DNA of 64,000 nt from Carcharhinus longimanus (GCA_030264375.1 JASCQW010000072.1:54618822-54682821); one strand, 5' to 3'. Positions 1-12,690 are shown, counted from the stretch's first letter. Numbers and translations: made by a program. The notes: generated from the sequence alone by a model not told the origin.

Positions 1-352
1 ACAGATGCACCATAGAAAGCATTCTTTCTGGTTGTATCACAGCTTGGTATGGCTCCTGCTCTGCCTAAGACTGCAAGCAACTACAAAGGGTCGTGAATGT
101 AGCCCAATCCGTCACGCAAACCAGCGTCCCACTCATTGACTCTGTCTACACTTCTACACTTCTGCAGCCTCAGCAAAACAGGCAGTATAATTAAGGACCC
201 CACACACCCCGGGCATTCTCTGTTATTCTTTCTTCCACCTTCTTCCATTGGGAGAAAGATACAAAAGTCTGTGGTCACTTACTAGCTAAGTCGAGGATAG
301 CTTCTTCCCTGCTGCCATCAGACTTTTGAATGGACTTACCTTGCATTAAGTT
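1..352 (+). mobile_element. Rex1/Babar-type non-LTR retrotransposon 3' fragment
   Basis: Frame 3 reads RCTIESILSGCITAWYGSCSA*, typical of the C-terminal region of Rex1-clade RT ORFs; has a stop codon. Confidence 0.75.
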
Positions 353-1075
353 GCCACCTATCTTGCTGTCATCTACAAACTTACTAACCATGCCTCCTAT
401 ATTCTCACCCAAATCATTAATATAAATGACAAATAACTGTGGACCCAGCACCGATCCCTGAGCACACCACTGGTCACAAGCCTCCAGTTTGAAAAATAAC
501 CCTCTACAACCACCATCTGGCTTCTGTCATCAAGTCAATTTTGTAACCATTTAGCTACCTCACCCTGGATCCAGTGAGATTTAACGCTATGCAACAACCT
601 AGCATGCAGTACCTGTCAAAGGCCTTGCCAAGGTCCATGTAGACAACATCAACTGCACTGCCCTCATCCACCTTCTTGGTTATCCCTCCAAAAAACTCAA
701 TCAATTCTGCTGGAAGTCTTAAAGCACATCAAGGTAGATAAATCTCCAGGACCTGATTAAGTGTATCCCAAGACATTTGGGAGACTAGGGAGGAAATTGC
801 GGGTCCCCTAGCAGAGATATTTGAATCACTGATAGTCACAGGGGAGGTGCTGAAATTTGGAGGGTAGCAAATGTTGTGCCTTTGTTTAGAAAGGGCTGCA
901 GGGAAAAGCCTGGGAACTACAGGTCAGTGAGCTTCACATCTGTGGTGAGTAAGTTGTTGGAAGGTATTTTGAAAGACAGGATCTACAAGCATTTAAAAAT
1001 GCAAAGACTGATTAGGGACAGTCAGCATGGGTTTGTGAGTGGAACATCATGTCTCACAAATTTGATTGAGCTTTT
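353..1075 (-). mobile_element. CR1-clade LINE RT fragment with inverted 5' segment
   Basis: 707-1075 (+) encodes PLFRKGCREKPGNYRSVSFTSVVSKLLE...QHGFVSGTSCLTNLIE; 353-706 (-) continues from LIEFF into downstream RT sequence. Confidence 0.85.
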
Positions 1076-1610
1076 TTTTTAACGTCTTTGGTGCTGTGAG
1101 GCAGCAGTGCTAAGCATGTGTTACTGTGCTGCCATTGTTAACTGATGTAGAGAAAAACACTTCGAATCACTGAACAGTCAGCTCCAGAAACATTGCTGCT
1201 GTTTTTTCAATCATCACCCTTTCACCGATAACAATGATTGAGGGTAACTCTAAGAAGCACTTGATCTCCTCCTCACATCAGGATGTTCCCATCCACACTC
1301 AAATCCAAACTCACAATTGGAGGGATTGCATCCACATTTGATCCTATACTTCAGGAGGGATTCATTCAAAATTCAAACTTCTACTCATTAATTTTCACAG
1401 CTAGAATAGGGTCTCAGCTATAACTAATCGGAAGCGGGTGGAGCAGACAGAGATCAGGAGCAGGCAGAACAGACAGAGCGGGAGTGGACAGAGATCGGGG
1501 GTGAGTGAGTATGACACAGTGTGAGGGGGTCTTGATGTGGAATGAGTTGTTATGGATCAGCAACGTTCCCTGGTTGACTTTGAATGAATAACAGGTATGT
1601 GTGAGATTAC

Positions 1611-1771
1611 CTGACTGAGATTGAGGGGTTGTTGTTGAAAGGAATGGGTTGTAGACCTCTGTTGCCGGTAAGATGATATCCCCGAGTAATTTGCTGAAGA
1701 GTGGGTTGTACTGGATGTTGTTGTGCTGGAGTTTTTGGTCTTATGACCCAATGAATGGTGCCCCTGCGTGC
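1611..1771 (-). CDS. HIPK2: HIPK2 coding exon (exon 14 equivalent)
   Basis: 161 bp, phase 1/0; cag|GC...CAG|gtaatc; (G)TQGHHSLGHKTKNSSTTTSSTTHSSANYSGISSYRQQRSTTHSFQQQPLNLSQ, ending in the conserved QQPLNLSQ. Confidence 0.92.
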
Positions 1772-2189
1772 CTGAAAAGTAGAAAGAGTATTAAAATAGG
1801 CAGCTTGGAGACCTGAGATTCAATTATCTAATTGTCATTAATCTGTTCAAAACAAATTGATTAGTGCCAATTGAAAAGCTTATGCTCCAAAAATCTAACT
1901 AAAGTGATAAGGCTGACAGGCCACTTTTGCAATGCATCACGAAGATTCAATCATTCAAACAGGTTATTAACTATAAAGGAAGTAGTGACGGCCAACAAAC
2001 TAAGATAAACCCTTTTGAGTTTGGTTTATGAGCCTGATTTTTGCATCAAGCTCTTTGTAGCACTACTAATTGAAACCCCTTGGCATTGTTCACAGATGTC
2101 ACTCTGCTTGCCATAACAGAATCTGCAAAGGACAAAGCATCAATTATCTGCTGAAGCGAAGTTATGTCTTATTAGTCAAAAAAATCTCT

Positions 2190-2920
2190 TCCTAGAATCA
2201 TTCAATAGTTACTGCAAACAAGGAGGCTATTCAACTTGTCATGTCTATGCCAGCTCCTTGCAAGAGCTTTTCACCTACTGCAACACCTCGGCCTTTAACT
2301 TCATAGCGCTGCACATTTTCTCCCTTCAGTTAATTTCCAACTTTCTTTTGAAAACCATGATTGAATCTGCCTCCATTACACTCTCAAGCAGTACATTCCA
2401 GATCCTGGCCATTGCCTTAAAAATGTTCTTCTTTGTGTTGCCATTGCATCTTTTGTCAATTACCTTAAATCTGTGTTCTCTGCTTCTTGATCCTTCTATC
2501 AATGGGAGTTGTTTCTTCCTTTCTACTCTGTCCAGTGCCATCATGATTTTATATACTTCTAGCAAATCTCCTCTCGACCTTCTATTTTTGAAGGAAAACA
2601 GTCCCAGCTAACTGAAGTCCCTACCCTGGGAACCATTTTGCTCATCTTTGGAACCATTCCCCTGAAACTCTTCTGTACCCTCTCTAAATGCCTTTACATC
2701 CTTTTTAAGGTATGGTGCCCAGAACTGGATGCAATACTTCATTTAAGAGCAAACCAGCATTTTGTACAGGTTTAATACAACTTCCTTGCCTTTGCATTCT
2801 ATGCCACTATTTACTACAACTTTATTACTTGCTCTTTCAACTTGCCTTGGCACCTTCAATGATTTGTGCACATATATTGCCAAGACTTTTTGTTCCTTTG
2901 GAAGTGTACCCTTTGTTTTA
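2190..2920 (-). mobile_element. CR1 LINE 3' fragment
   Basis: Minus-strand ORFs EVYKIMMALDRV...HRFKV and KEVVLNLYKMLV resemble the CR1 ORF2 C-terminus. Confidence 0.75.
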
Positions 2921-3147
2921 TAAAGGGTACGCTTCCAAAGGAACAGAAAGTTCTTCCTATAAATTGATTTCATGTTTCCTTTGGCTGTTAACTGCAAGGA
3001 TAACTTGCAATTGGGAAAAGATGGAAAAGCTCTATTGCTTTCTCTATGACTAAGCCCCAGCTAATCAGAGTCAACCTGTAAACCAATCAGCACTCTCTTC
3101 TCCTGTGGTATAAATTACTGTGATCATTTGAAATTTGGCATTCTTGC

Positions 3148-3186
3148 ATTTGTCCTGATGATTGCAAGATGAAAAGCTTCTGCAAC
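3148..3186 (+). ncRNA. degenerate minimal hammerhead ribozyme motif in a probable Penelope-like terminal repeat fragment (~3040-3210)
   Basis: TTGTC-CTGATGA-TTGCAAGAT-GAAA-AGCT-TC-TGCAA: core boxes and palindromic stem III present; stems I and II have mismatches. Confidence 0.4.
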
Positions 3187-3747
3187 AGGTCTCTTTTTTC
3201 AGCAATTTCCAAGTTCTATACCACCAAACAACTGTTTTATCAAATACCTTTCATAGAAGCACGTAGTGTAGTTGGTCCACTGTCTGTGCTGGCTGTTTGA
3301 AGAGCTATCCAATTAGTCCCATGCCCCATCCTCCCCTCGTAGTCTTGTAAGCTTTTCCTTTATGAGTATATATTCAATTTCCTTTTGAAAGCTGCTCTAC
3401 TTCCGATTGTCTCACCATTTAGAAAATATTCTGAGTTATCTATCTGGGGTCCAACATATTCCTCAGGTTCATAACATTTACTCTAGGCATGAATAAAACT
3501 GTAAACATGGATCAGGAAGGTGAAGCGGGGGAGACCTAGGTAGAGTGTAACAGTTCCAAATAATGTGTTCCCACCTCCACATAATACAAATGGCTGCCGA
3601 TAACGAGGTCAGCTTCTATTCATGGTTTCTGCTTATTTGGCAAATTTCAGCAAGAGCAAAGCACATCTGGGCAAATGCCCTCATGCGAGGCATGTCAGCC
3701 AGGGCTTTTTACCCAATTGCTATCTAATTCTCCCTGCAGAGAAGTGA

Positions 3748-4658
3748 ACCTATGATTTTACCACTTTCATTCTAAGCGCTGGGCAGACTTGAAACTGGGA
3801 GTGTTTCAGATCCGACTTTAAGGCCCATTTTTAGTCCCTCCTCCAATTACGCACTCTGCCTGCAAAATTTTGAGCGCATCAGATTCATGCTGCAGAACCC
3901 AGTGGCTGGGCCTTAGCATGCCTGAAAGACTGCAGAGGGAGGTAGCATGCAAGTGCAGGCTTCTGATTATGTGCATTAACAGTGGCAGTGGTCTGACAGA
4001 AAAGAGAGAACTGTCAGGCCCCTGCTACTGTAGGTTGCCTGAAGCAGCTCCCCCCCTACAATCGTGGGGGCGTGTGGCCAGAGATACAGCACCCACCGAC
4101 CCCCACCTCTGCCCAGATCGATCACAGATCCCTCCTCCCTCACTGATCGCAGACCGCAGGGTGACAGTGGGCCCCCTCTCCCTCCCACATTAGTCCCACT
4201 GGCCCCACCCCATTAACCCTGCCACTGTTGTCAGACTGGCATTGCCACATGCCAGGGGGGCACTGCCCAAGGGGCGCACCGCTCCTTGCCCTCAGACTCT
4301 GTGGGGGGGGCCTCAATGGCCTCCGGTTCCACCGGTGAGGCCAAATCAACTGCTCCCCATTCATGGAGAGCATGTCTGTTCCTCGCTGGCGTGAATCTTT
4401 CCCGGAGAGGTCATTAAAGAGGGGCCAAGCCCAAACGATTAAGCGCTGGGCTCGGTAAGCATATGCAAATTGCCATTTCAATAGATTTAAATACCTCTTG
4501 CCCATTTCCAGCGAGAGGCCAACTGCGCCAGTCAACTGTTGCTCATAAAATGGTGCCGGCTGCAAAAGCCAGTGCCAATCACGCACAGTGCTTTATAGCC
4601 CAATTTACCACCATGTCATGCCTGAAAATGGGTGCAACACAATAGTAAAATCACCCAC
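3748..4658. mobile_element. non-autonomous Harbinger-like DNA element
   Basis: Ends TGATTTTACCA...TAGTAAAATCA are inverted repeats; both termini resemble the 48869-49956 element in the opposite orientation. Confidence 0.55.
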
Positions 4659-5059
4659 ATGATGTCAGAACAGGAACCAATTGCTTGAGATGCCTATTGG
4701 TACTTCTTTGCCTTGCCTTATCATGAAGAGTGAAGACAGTGCAATGAATGTCAGAAGAGTCAGTGTCCTGAAGACACGAGGAGACAAAATGTTGTGAGGG
4801 AGGATTTGGACAAAAATGGCTACCGATACAACCAACCCTGTGAACTGAATACCTAGAATATTCTAAGACAAAAGGTTATACCTTACTACTTAATCATGAA
4901 GGACCAATGTCAGCTCCTGACTGAATTTTTCTCGTCATGACAATGGAGTTGGGAGGTTTGTCTGCCAAATCAGGGGTATGAACTGGCACTGATGATCTGA
5001 GATATTCTATGATGGACTGGGATACTAGTAAAGGACACAAGGAGGAACTGAGGGCAAAC

Positions 5060-5310
5060 CTGGCACAAGGCGGTCACAGCCTGCCACAGTTTCACTAGAC
5101 TGTGTCTTGAGAGGTGGTACAATGATGGTGCGTGGGTTACCACAGTAGTGGCTGTCTGATCGTCCTTTGGCTGGATTGTTTGCAGTGCTGCTGCTAATGG
5201 TGTGCTGCTGTCGCACAGCATATGGACTGTTGTTGCTCGAAGAGTCCGAGTCTGGCGAGTCATGAACTGTGACACAGCTGATGACATTCTTTCTCTGCTT
5301 TGACAGTCTG
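5060..5310 (-). CDS. HIPK2: HIPK2 coding exon (exon 13 equivalent)
   Basis: 251 bp, phase 2/1; cag|CAG (NAGNAG)...CCAG|gtttgc; (S)[32 protein letters not shown]...[27 protein letters not shown](G) (ORF 4970..5287). Confidence 0.92.
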
Positions 5311-8300
5311 CTGAAGAAAGGAAAGGATACAGTTTCAGTAACAGACAAGAAATTAATCCTTCTAGCTATACCACCATTCAACTTCTCCGTCACCCTCTAC
5401 CATTTCTCCCTGAGAGTCTTGACTCTTCCTGATCTGGGGCTTCACTGGCATTAACAAATCTCCAGTAATTTGTCAATGTTGTTTCTCTTTCAGGTGTGAT
5501 CCTTGACTGAGACAGTGAGTGGGCAACTCATCATGGCAAGGTATAATAGCTTAGCTCAATCTGGTTCTCACCCAATATCCATTTTTAAAGACACACAAAC
5601 ATAAACATACATACATACAATCTTCAGCAGCAATAGGAACCCTGACTCCCATTTTCTCATCTCCAGCTTACAGTCTCGATGTGTTGCCCTGACTGAGATC
5701 AGTTAATCCATAACAGACTTTGGATTTGAAGCTCCTGGTCTATACAGCTCAGTGGTACACCATCAGTTTATCATATGCTGGGTGACAATGTAAATGATGC
5801 CATTTTCCAATTCCATAAAATTAATTTCAATAATTGAGCCTCAGCTTTCTAATCTCTGAAAGGTTTGTGTTTAAGTGTCAAGGGGACTTAGCATATGTCT
5901 AAAGATTTGACTTATACATGGTATGCTGCAGGATGGGGCTTAAGGAGAGATGGGATGCCCTAAAAGAGCAAGTGTGAGAATGGAAAGTTATCACCATCCA
6001 TGAAGCAGTTTCCTTCATTGCAACAAAAACACAGATCAATTTCAAAATCAGGTGCAAGACGAACAACATCAGCTAAGCTTAGGTTGAAAGTCGAAAGATG
6101 TGGTTATGCTCTTGGGAGGGGAGGCAGGTGGGTTGGACTTTGGGATTGTGTTGGTTCGAAAATGCCAAGCATAGCAATGGCCGAGTGCTAGCTAACCAAT
6201 CCTGTGTAGCAGAGTTGAGGTAACCTCATACCCAAGTCAGGCAAGTTCCTGGCATTTGGCACACTTAATAATCAATAAACCATCCGGACTGAGATGGGGC
6301 CTGGAGTGAGGTTGCCATTCTTCCACTCAACTTTGGATAGCCCTGAAAACCAGCACCCTAAGTATAAGATGGTTAAAGCTGCACAAAAGTAAACTTACTA
6401 TTGCTCTCATATAATGCTCCAGCTCAGTCCATCTGTCAAGTCTGAAGTGCTGTTTTACTTCATATAAGCTCCATAGCTAAATTCTCCCACTTTCCCTGCC
6501 CACATACTTGAATATTCATCAGTTTCAAACATCTAATACTTATTGAAAAGAATTAAAGGACTCTGCTTTAATAATAGTTTGTGACAGGGATTTGACATTA
6601 TAATCATGTTCAGTAGAGAGAATGTTTTCCAAAATCTCCCTTTCAATTCCTAAGATTACCAGACTTCTGGGCCCTTTTGTTTCCTCTCTGTGTTGACTGG
6701 TGCAAACAATTGTTCATTATTTACTCTATCATAATAATTTGCAATTATGTAAACCTCAATCAGATCAGGTGAAAAACGCTCTGATTTCTCAAGACTCTGT
6801 TCAAAACTGCAACCCTTCATCTCTAGCTGTAATCCAGTAATTCCAGTCTTCATCCTTCCCACTGTTTTTATATCTTTCTAATAATGAGATGGTCAAAACT
6901 CTACATGGTCACAATTTACCATAATACTTGTTTGGTGTCATATGCAAGTTTTAGTGTCATTCCCTCAATTCTGAAGTCAAGATCACTTATGAAATACTTA
7001 AAATTAAGAGCAGTTCCAACAGAGACCTTTTATAAACAATTATTGCTTCTTTCCATTGAGAGAAACATTTTTTTTTAACGCCTACCCTTTGTTTCTTGTT
7101 GTCTGACCACCTTCACCTTAATGTCACATTCTTCTTAATTCCTTGTGTTATTGCCATCACTTTAAGCATTTTAAATTGAATTTTAACAAATCCACAGATC
7201 TCATCCATGACATTTGCTTTATCTATTTTCCCTGTTGTTTCTTCAAATAATGTTGTAAGGATGATCAAGTACAGTTTATGTTTTAGCAATCTATGCTGAC
7301 TGATCCTAACTGGTTCATTTTTTTTCAAGCACCTATTTTTTTAATCTCACATTATAAATTTGGGATTTATAAAATGGTTGATTAAATCTAAATGATCTGT
7401 AATTTTGTGGCATATCCTCCTTATTCTTCATGTCCTAAGAGGGTGTTGGTAACCATGGACTTCCACTGGATTGGTTTATGATTATGTTTGGCACTCCTTA
7501 AGGCTTCTTTGCTATCTGTCATCAGGAGTATTTGAAGGATAATCAACCTGTTTGGTCATGTTATGAACATACCTTCTATGCCACCAAGTCCAAGAGTGGG
7601 ACATGGACCTGGAGCTTCTGGCCCAGAGGTAGGCATGCCAACCACGCTACACACCATGACTAATCATATTTTTCCTTGAAGAGGAGAGTCACATTCCAAA
7701 TCTATGGGACAATTTTGCTTTGTACAATTATAGAAAATACTATTCCTTCACTGCCTTATCTATTAAGCTTGGATGTAAACCTCCTTTCCAGGTAAACAGC
7801 TAAGAAAGTGATAAAGAAAGATAGAGTATGAAGCTAAACTAGCTCTAAATATAAAAAAGATAGTAAAAGTTTTTACAAATATATAAAGAAGAAGAGACTG
7901 GCTAGAGTGAATGTTGGACCCTTGGAGGATGAGAGGGGNNNNNNNNNNNNNNNNNNNNNNNNNNNNNNNNNNNNNNNNNNNNNNNNNNNNNNNNNNNNNN
8001 NNNNNNNNNNNNNNNNNNNNNNNNNNNNNNNNNNNNNNCAGATCAGCCATGATCTTGTTGAATGGCGGGGCAGGCTCAAAGGGCTAGATGGCCTACTCCT
8101 GCTCCTATTTCTTATATTCTTATGTTCTTATGATTTTCACCTTGGTTAAATTCTAGTTAGCACTTACTATAGTCTCAGCTCTCTTTGAAAAGCTCTCTGC
8201 CATGTCATCTCTTGCCACTCCTTCAAAAGATTGTTGAAAGCTTGAACTGGAATTTTCTGGCTCTGTCGTGGTGGAAGATTCAGCAGTCCAGTCAATAGTT

Positions 8301-8769
8301 AATTGACTTTCAGCAGGGTTAGATGATCCTGGTGGGCAGGGAGGGGCTGGAAAATCCCACCCTAAATTTAGTTTCTGTGGCAAATTTGCTTAATGAATTT
8401 CAAAAGTGGTTGTATGCACCATTCAAGGGTTTTCAATGAACAATGTTGCTGGAGCCTGAGTCCTCACTTGGAGGACTAATGCTATCATTAATAATACCAA
8501 TGAATAATTCAAGAGAAACTTATTTCCTAGATAGGGGTTAGAATGTGGAACCTACAATTATATGCTGAGATGGATAGTTTAGATGGATTTAAAATGAAGT
8601 TAGATAAGTACAAGAGCAAATGGAACAGAAGATATATTCACAAGGTGAAACGAAGTTAGGTTGGAAGAGGCTCTTGTGGAGCATAAACATTAATGAGTGA
8701 ACCTACTGTCCTTTTTCTCTGCTGGAAATTCAATGTAATTCTACATAATGGCACCTCGTGTCTCTTCAC

Positions 8770-9051
8770 CTGTTGGGGACTCGTTTGCGTTCTTCCTCTT
8801 CATCCGTGTCACTACTGATGGTAATGACGCTTACTGCTGGGCTAGGTGTGTCGGGAATGACAATGGTCTGCCTCTGGTGCTCGTGGGTTGTGCTGGTGGC
8901 CTCCCCCCAGCCACACGTCAAGGTGCTGCATGCAGGACTGTCCTGTACGACGGCACACCTCGGTGGGGTGTTCTCCTTTACACGTTTCGAACGCTGTGGG
9001 GAGTGGGAGTTGAAGCTTCGGGAGGAGGAAACCTCGTAAGTTGAAATGTTC
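8770..9051 (-). CDS. HIPK2: HIPK2 coding exon (exon 12 equivalent): basic NLS, PEST/speckle-retention region with SUMO-interacting motif
   Basis: 282 bp, phase 2/2; cag|G...AG|gtgaag; [10 protein letters not shown]...[16 protein letters not shown]...[35 protein letters not shown] (ORF 8766..9074). Confidence 0.95.
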
Positions 9052-10354
9052 CTGTACAGGAAGAGTAGAAACATTAACCATTGTTTGCTGGAGCAGACAA
9101 GTGAAGGAGCAGAGAGACAGATAAGAAATTACCTGTTAAAAACCTGTTTAAATAAGNNNNNNNNNNNNNNNNNNNNNNNNNNNNNNNNNNNNNNNNNNNN
9201 NNNNNNNNNNNNNNNNNNNNNNNNNNNNNNNNNNNNNNNNNNNNNNNNNNNNNNNNTGCTCCTATTTCTTATGTTCTTATGTAAGAACCATTCACAGAAA
9301 AAAAAAACAAGATTTCTGAGAACTACTCTGTGAGTCATGCTAAACAAAACAGTTTTATTTAAGGCCCTGAAACTGTTTAATTCTGCGATTATTTCTAAGT
9401 GAATTTTATTTATTTCCCTTTTTTTCCATATTCCATTCTCCTCCTGAAAACACTGACTCTGTTTGCACAAAATCCGTTGGCTTCTCTCTAGTATCTCAGT
9501 CAATTTCTCACTCTTCGTGTTTAAATCCAAATTCAACAGGGTACCCAATAATGAAGGTCATAATTGAACGAGGACCTGATAACCTCTTTCCAGCAAAGAA
9601 AGAGTAGGGATCATTGAACAACGAGCAGGAACAGGACCCATGGCTAATTTTTCTTGGAGAGTGGTGAGGGGAGATGCTGTAACTCGGTGTGGGGAGAGAC
9701 ACAACTTGCCGGGGCAGGGGGGTGCGCGCTTGCAAGTTGGAGATTCTGCTGCTCCAAAACGGCACTAATCAAGTCTCGCAGCAAACAATATTAAAACAAA
9801 TCTATCAATGCTTAACAAGATTACAGGTCCCATTAACATAGCTACATTAAAACAAAACAATGTTAACAGGAGGTTAAAACAAGAATGTTTTGTAAACACT
9901 GTTACTAGACAGTCTGTGAAAATAACAGCTTAAATGTTGTATTCACTACAAATTAAAGTTCGATTTGACAAATATAAAGTGTTACATATTTCTCAAAAGA
10001 ATGGGTGGCATAAAAATTCAATGGAAGGAAAAAATTAACATGGGGCTATTTTAGAAGGAACCTTCAAATAACAGTGGACCTGTCACCTAGAAAAAATTAA
10101 ATGTTGGCTCATTCCTTACCAACATCATTCCAAAACTTAGATTTAGTTCACACATGTACGCTTAGCTCTACCTCACTGCCACTTTAATTGACTGTTTGCC
10201 TGACGTCCAGTACTGCATGAGCAGAAATTTCCTTCAACTAAATATTGAGAAGATCAAAACCCTTGGGCTGGGGTCCTTCCATGAACTCTGTATCTTGTCC
10301 ATTGACTCCATCCCTTTCCCTGATAATTTAATTAGACTGCTTTAAACCTTGTCA

Positions 10355-10930
10355 GATTTGACCCAAGATGAGCTTCAAACAAAATATCTGCACCATTGCT
10401 TATGCTGCCTATGTACACCCCATAGCATAACTCAGCGTCACCTTTACTTCAACTTATCTGTTGCTGAAGCACAATTCTGTGTCTTTGTTATCTCCTCGAG
10501 TTGATAATTCCAATCCATTACTGGTTAGCCTTCTACATTCGATCCTCCCTTAACTTAAATACTTCAAAATGCTGCTGCCCATGTCCTAGCTCACACCAAG
10601 ACTTGTTCACCCACCATCACTGTGCTCATTGACTTTCTTTGGCAATGCTCCAATTTTTACATTTTCGTTCATGCTTTCAAATCCTTACATGGCTTTACTC
10701 CTCTATTCTTTTTCGGCCACAGAATTCTTTTTACAATATCTTTGCTCCAATAATTCTGACTTCATGATCAAGCGCGATTTTAATTGTTCCACCATTGGTA
10801 TCTATGCCTTCAGCTGTCAAGTTCCTAAAATCTTAAATGCCCTCTCTGCTTCACTATTTTTTTTCCATCCTTTATGACACTTCTTAAAATCTAACTTCCT
10901 GACCAAGGTTTTGGTTATCTGTCCAAATAT
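10355..10930 (+). mobile_element. L2-clade LINE 3' fragment
   Basis: Degenerate L2 RT C-terminal sequence (gataattccaatcc..., caaaatgctgctgcc) and an L2-like 3' UTR. Confidence 0.6.
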
Positions 10931-11093
10931 AAAAGTAGTAAAAAGTCTGACAACACCAGGTTTTAGTCCAACCTATTTATTTGATAATATACTNNNNNNN
11001 NNNNNNNNNNNNNNNNNNNNNNNNNNNNNNNNNNNNNNNNNNNNNNNNNNNNNNNNNNNNNNNNNNNNNNNNNNNNNNNNNNNNNNNNNNNNN

Positions 11094-12690
11094 GAGCAGA
11101 TAGGTAGCAGATGAAGTTAAATGCAGAGAAGTATGAAGTGATGCATTTGGTAGGAAGAATATGGAGTGACAGTATAAAATAAGGGATAAAATTCTGAAAG
11201 GGGTACAGGAGCAGAGGGTGCATATGTGCATAGATCATTGAAAGTGGAAGGACAGATGAAGAGAGCAGTTAATAAGATATATATTATTCTGGATAAGAGA
11301 AAATTACTGCGGATGCTGGAACTTGAATACCAAAAGAGAAAATGCTGGAAAATCTCAGCAGGTCTGGCAGCATCTGTAAAGAGAGAAAAGAGCTGATGTT
11401 TCAAATCCAAATGACCTTTTGTCAAAGCTAAAAGGCATAGAAAGTGAGGGAATGAAAGATGAGTCTTAGCCACAGAAACTAGAGAAAAAGACTGCTAATG
11501 GCTGTCCACAGAGTGAATAAAGACTGTGAATGGCCAAATGGCAGAGAAGCTAAAATGAGAGGGTTAGCTGTGACAGATGAAGATGCTGGGGGAAGGGAAT
11601 GGATGGGACAGAAGTAAAATATAGAAAAGGGGAAAAAAAGGTCAGGGAAAGGGGATAAAATGGGGGAAAGAGTTGGGGGGGGGGGAAGAAAAATGAAGAA
11701 GACATTGTCTTTCCTAATTTTTCTTCCCCCCACTCTTTCTCCCTACTTTATTCTCCTTCCCTCATCTTTGTAAACTTTACCTCTGTCCCATCCATTCCTC
11801 TCCCCCCTCTTCATTTGTCACAGCTTACCCTCTCATTTTAGCTTCTCTGCCGTTTGGCCATTCACACTCTATTCTCTCTGTGGACAGCCATTAGCAATCT
11901 TTTCCTCTGGTTTCTGTGGCTAAGATCATCTTTCAGTCCCTCACCCTGCAGTATAAATATCTCCCACTTTCTTTGCCTTTTAGCTTTGACAATGGGTCAT
12001 CTGGACTCAGAACGTCAGCTCTTTTTTCTCCTTACAGATGCTGCCAGACCTGCTGAGATTTTCCAGCATTTTCTCTTTTGGTATATAGTATTCTGAGCTT
12101 TATTAATAGGAACATAGAGTACAAGAGCAAGGAGATTATACTGGACTTAGACGAGACATTAATTACACTTCAGCTGGAATACTTTGTAGTTCTGAGTGCC
12201 ACACTATAGGAAAGATGCGAAGACATCTGAGAGAGTGTAGAAGAGATTTACTAGAATGATTCCAGATATGAGTAATTTCAGTTATGAAGGCAGACTGGAG
12301 AGATTGGAACTGTTGTCCTTGGAGAGAAGGAGGCTAAGATGAGATTTGATGGAGAGGAAGCTGGACAGAGTAGATAAGGAGAAATTGTTTTCACTCATAA
12401 AAGGTGGAATGAGAGGGCACAGATTTAAAATGATTTGCAAAAGAAGCATATGTGATGTGAGGAAAAAACCTTTTCACACAGCAACTGGCTCAGGTCTGGA
12501 ATGCACTGCCTTGACATGTGGTGAAGGCAGGTCCAATCGAAGCATTCAAGAGGGCATTAGATGATTGTTTGAATAGAAACAAGTGTGCAGGGTAGGGGCA
12601 AAAGGCAGAGTAATAGCACTAAGCCACGATGCTTGTTTGTACAGTCATGATGGGCTGAGTGGCTTCCTCTGTGCTGCAACAGTCCTGTGA
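11094..12690 (+). mobile_element. CR1 LINE 3' fragment interrupted by a Penelope-like palindrome
   Basis: WQMKLNAEKYEVMHL-like sequence at 11100-11150; LDRVDKEKLF...RGHRFK at 12360-12430; the LINE sequence resumes at ~12085 after the insert. Confidence 0.8.
11292..12082. mobile_element. Penelope-like inverted pseudo-LTR insertion (long palindrome plus tail) with hammerhead motifs
   Basis: Inverted arms ~11327-11704 and ~11706-12084; ~35-nt unpaired tail 11292-11326; flanking duplication ATATA(T/G)TATTCTG at 11279-11291 and 12083-12095. Confidence 0.8.

Noticed and set aside
9508-9770. CpG-containing minus-strand ORF/possible cassette exon between exons 11 and 12
   Set aside because: The acceptor has no good polypyrimidine tract. 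The phase-compatible frame reaches TAG before any convincing donor, and there is no resemblance to HIPK sequence.
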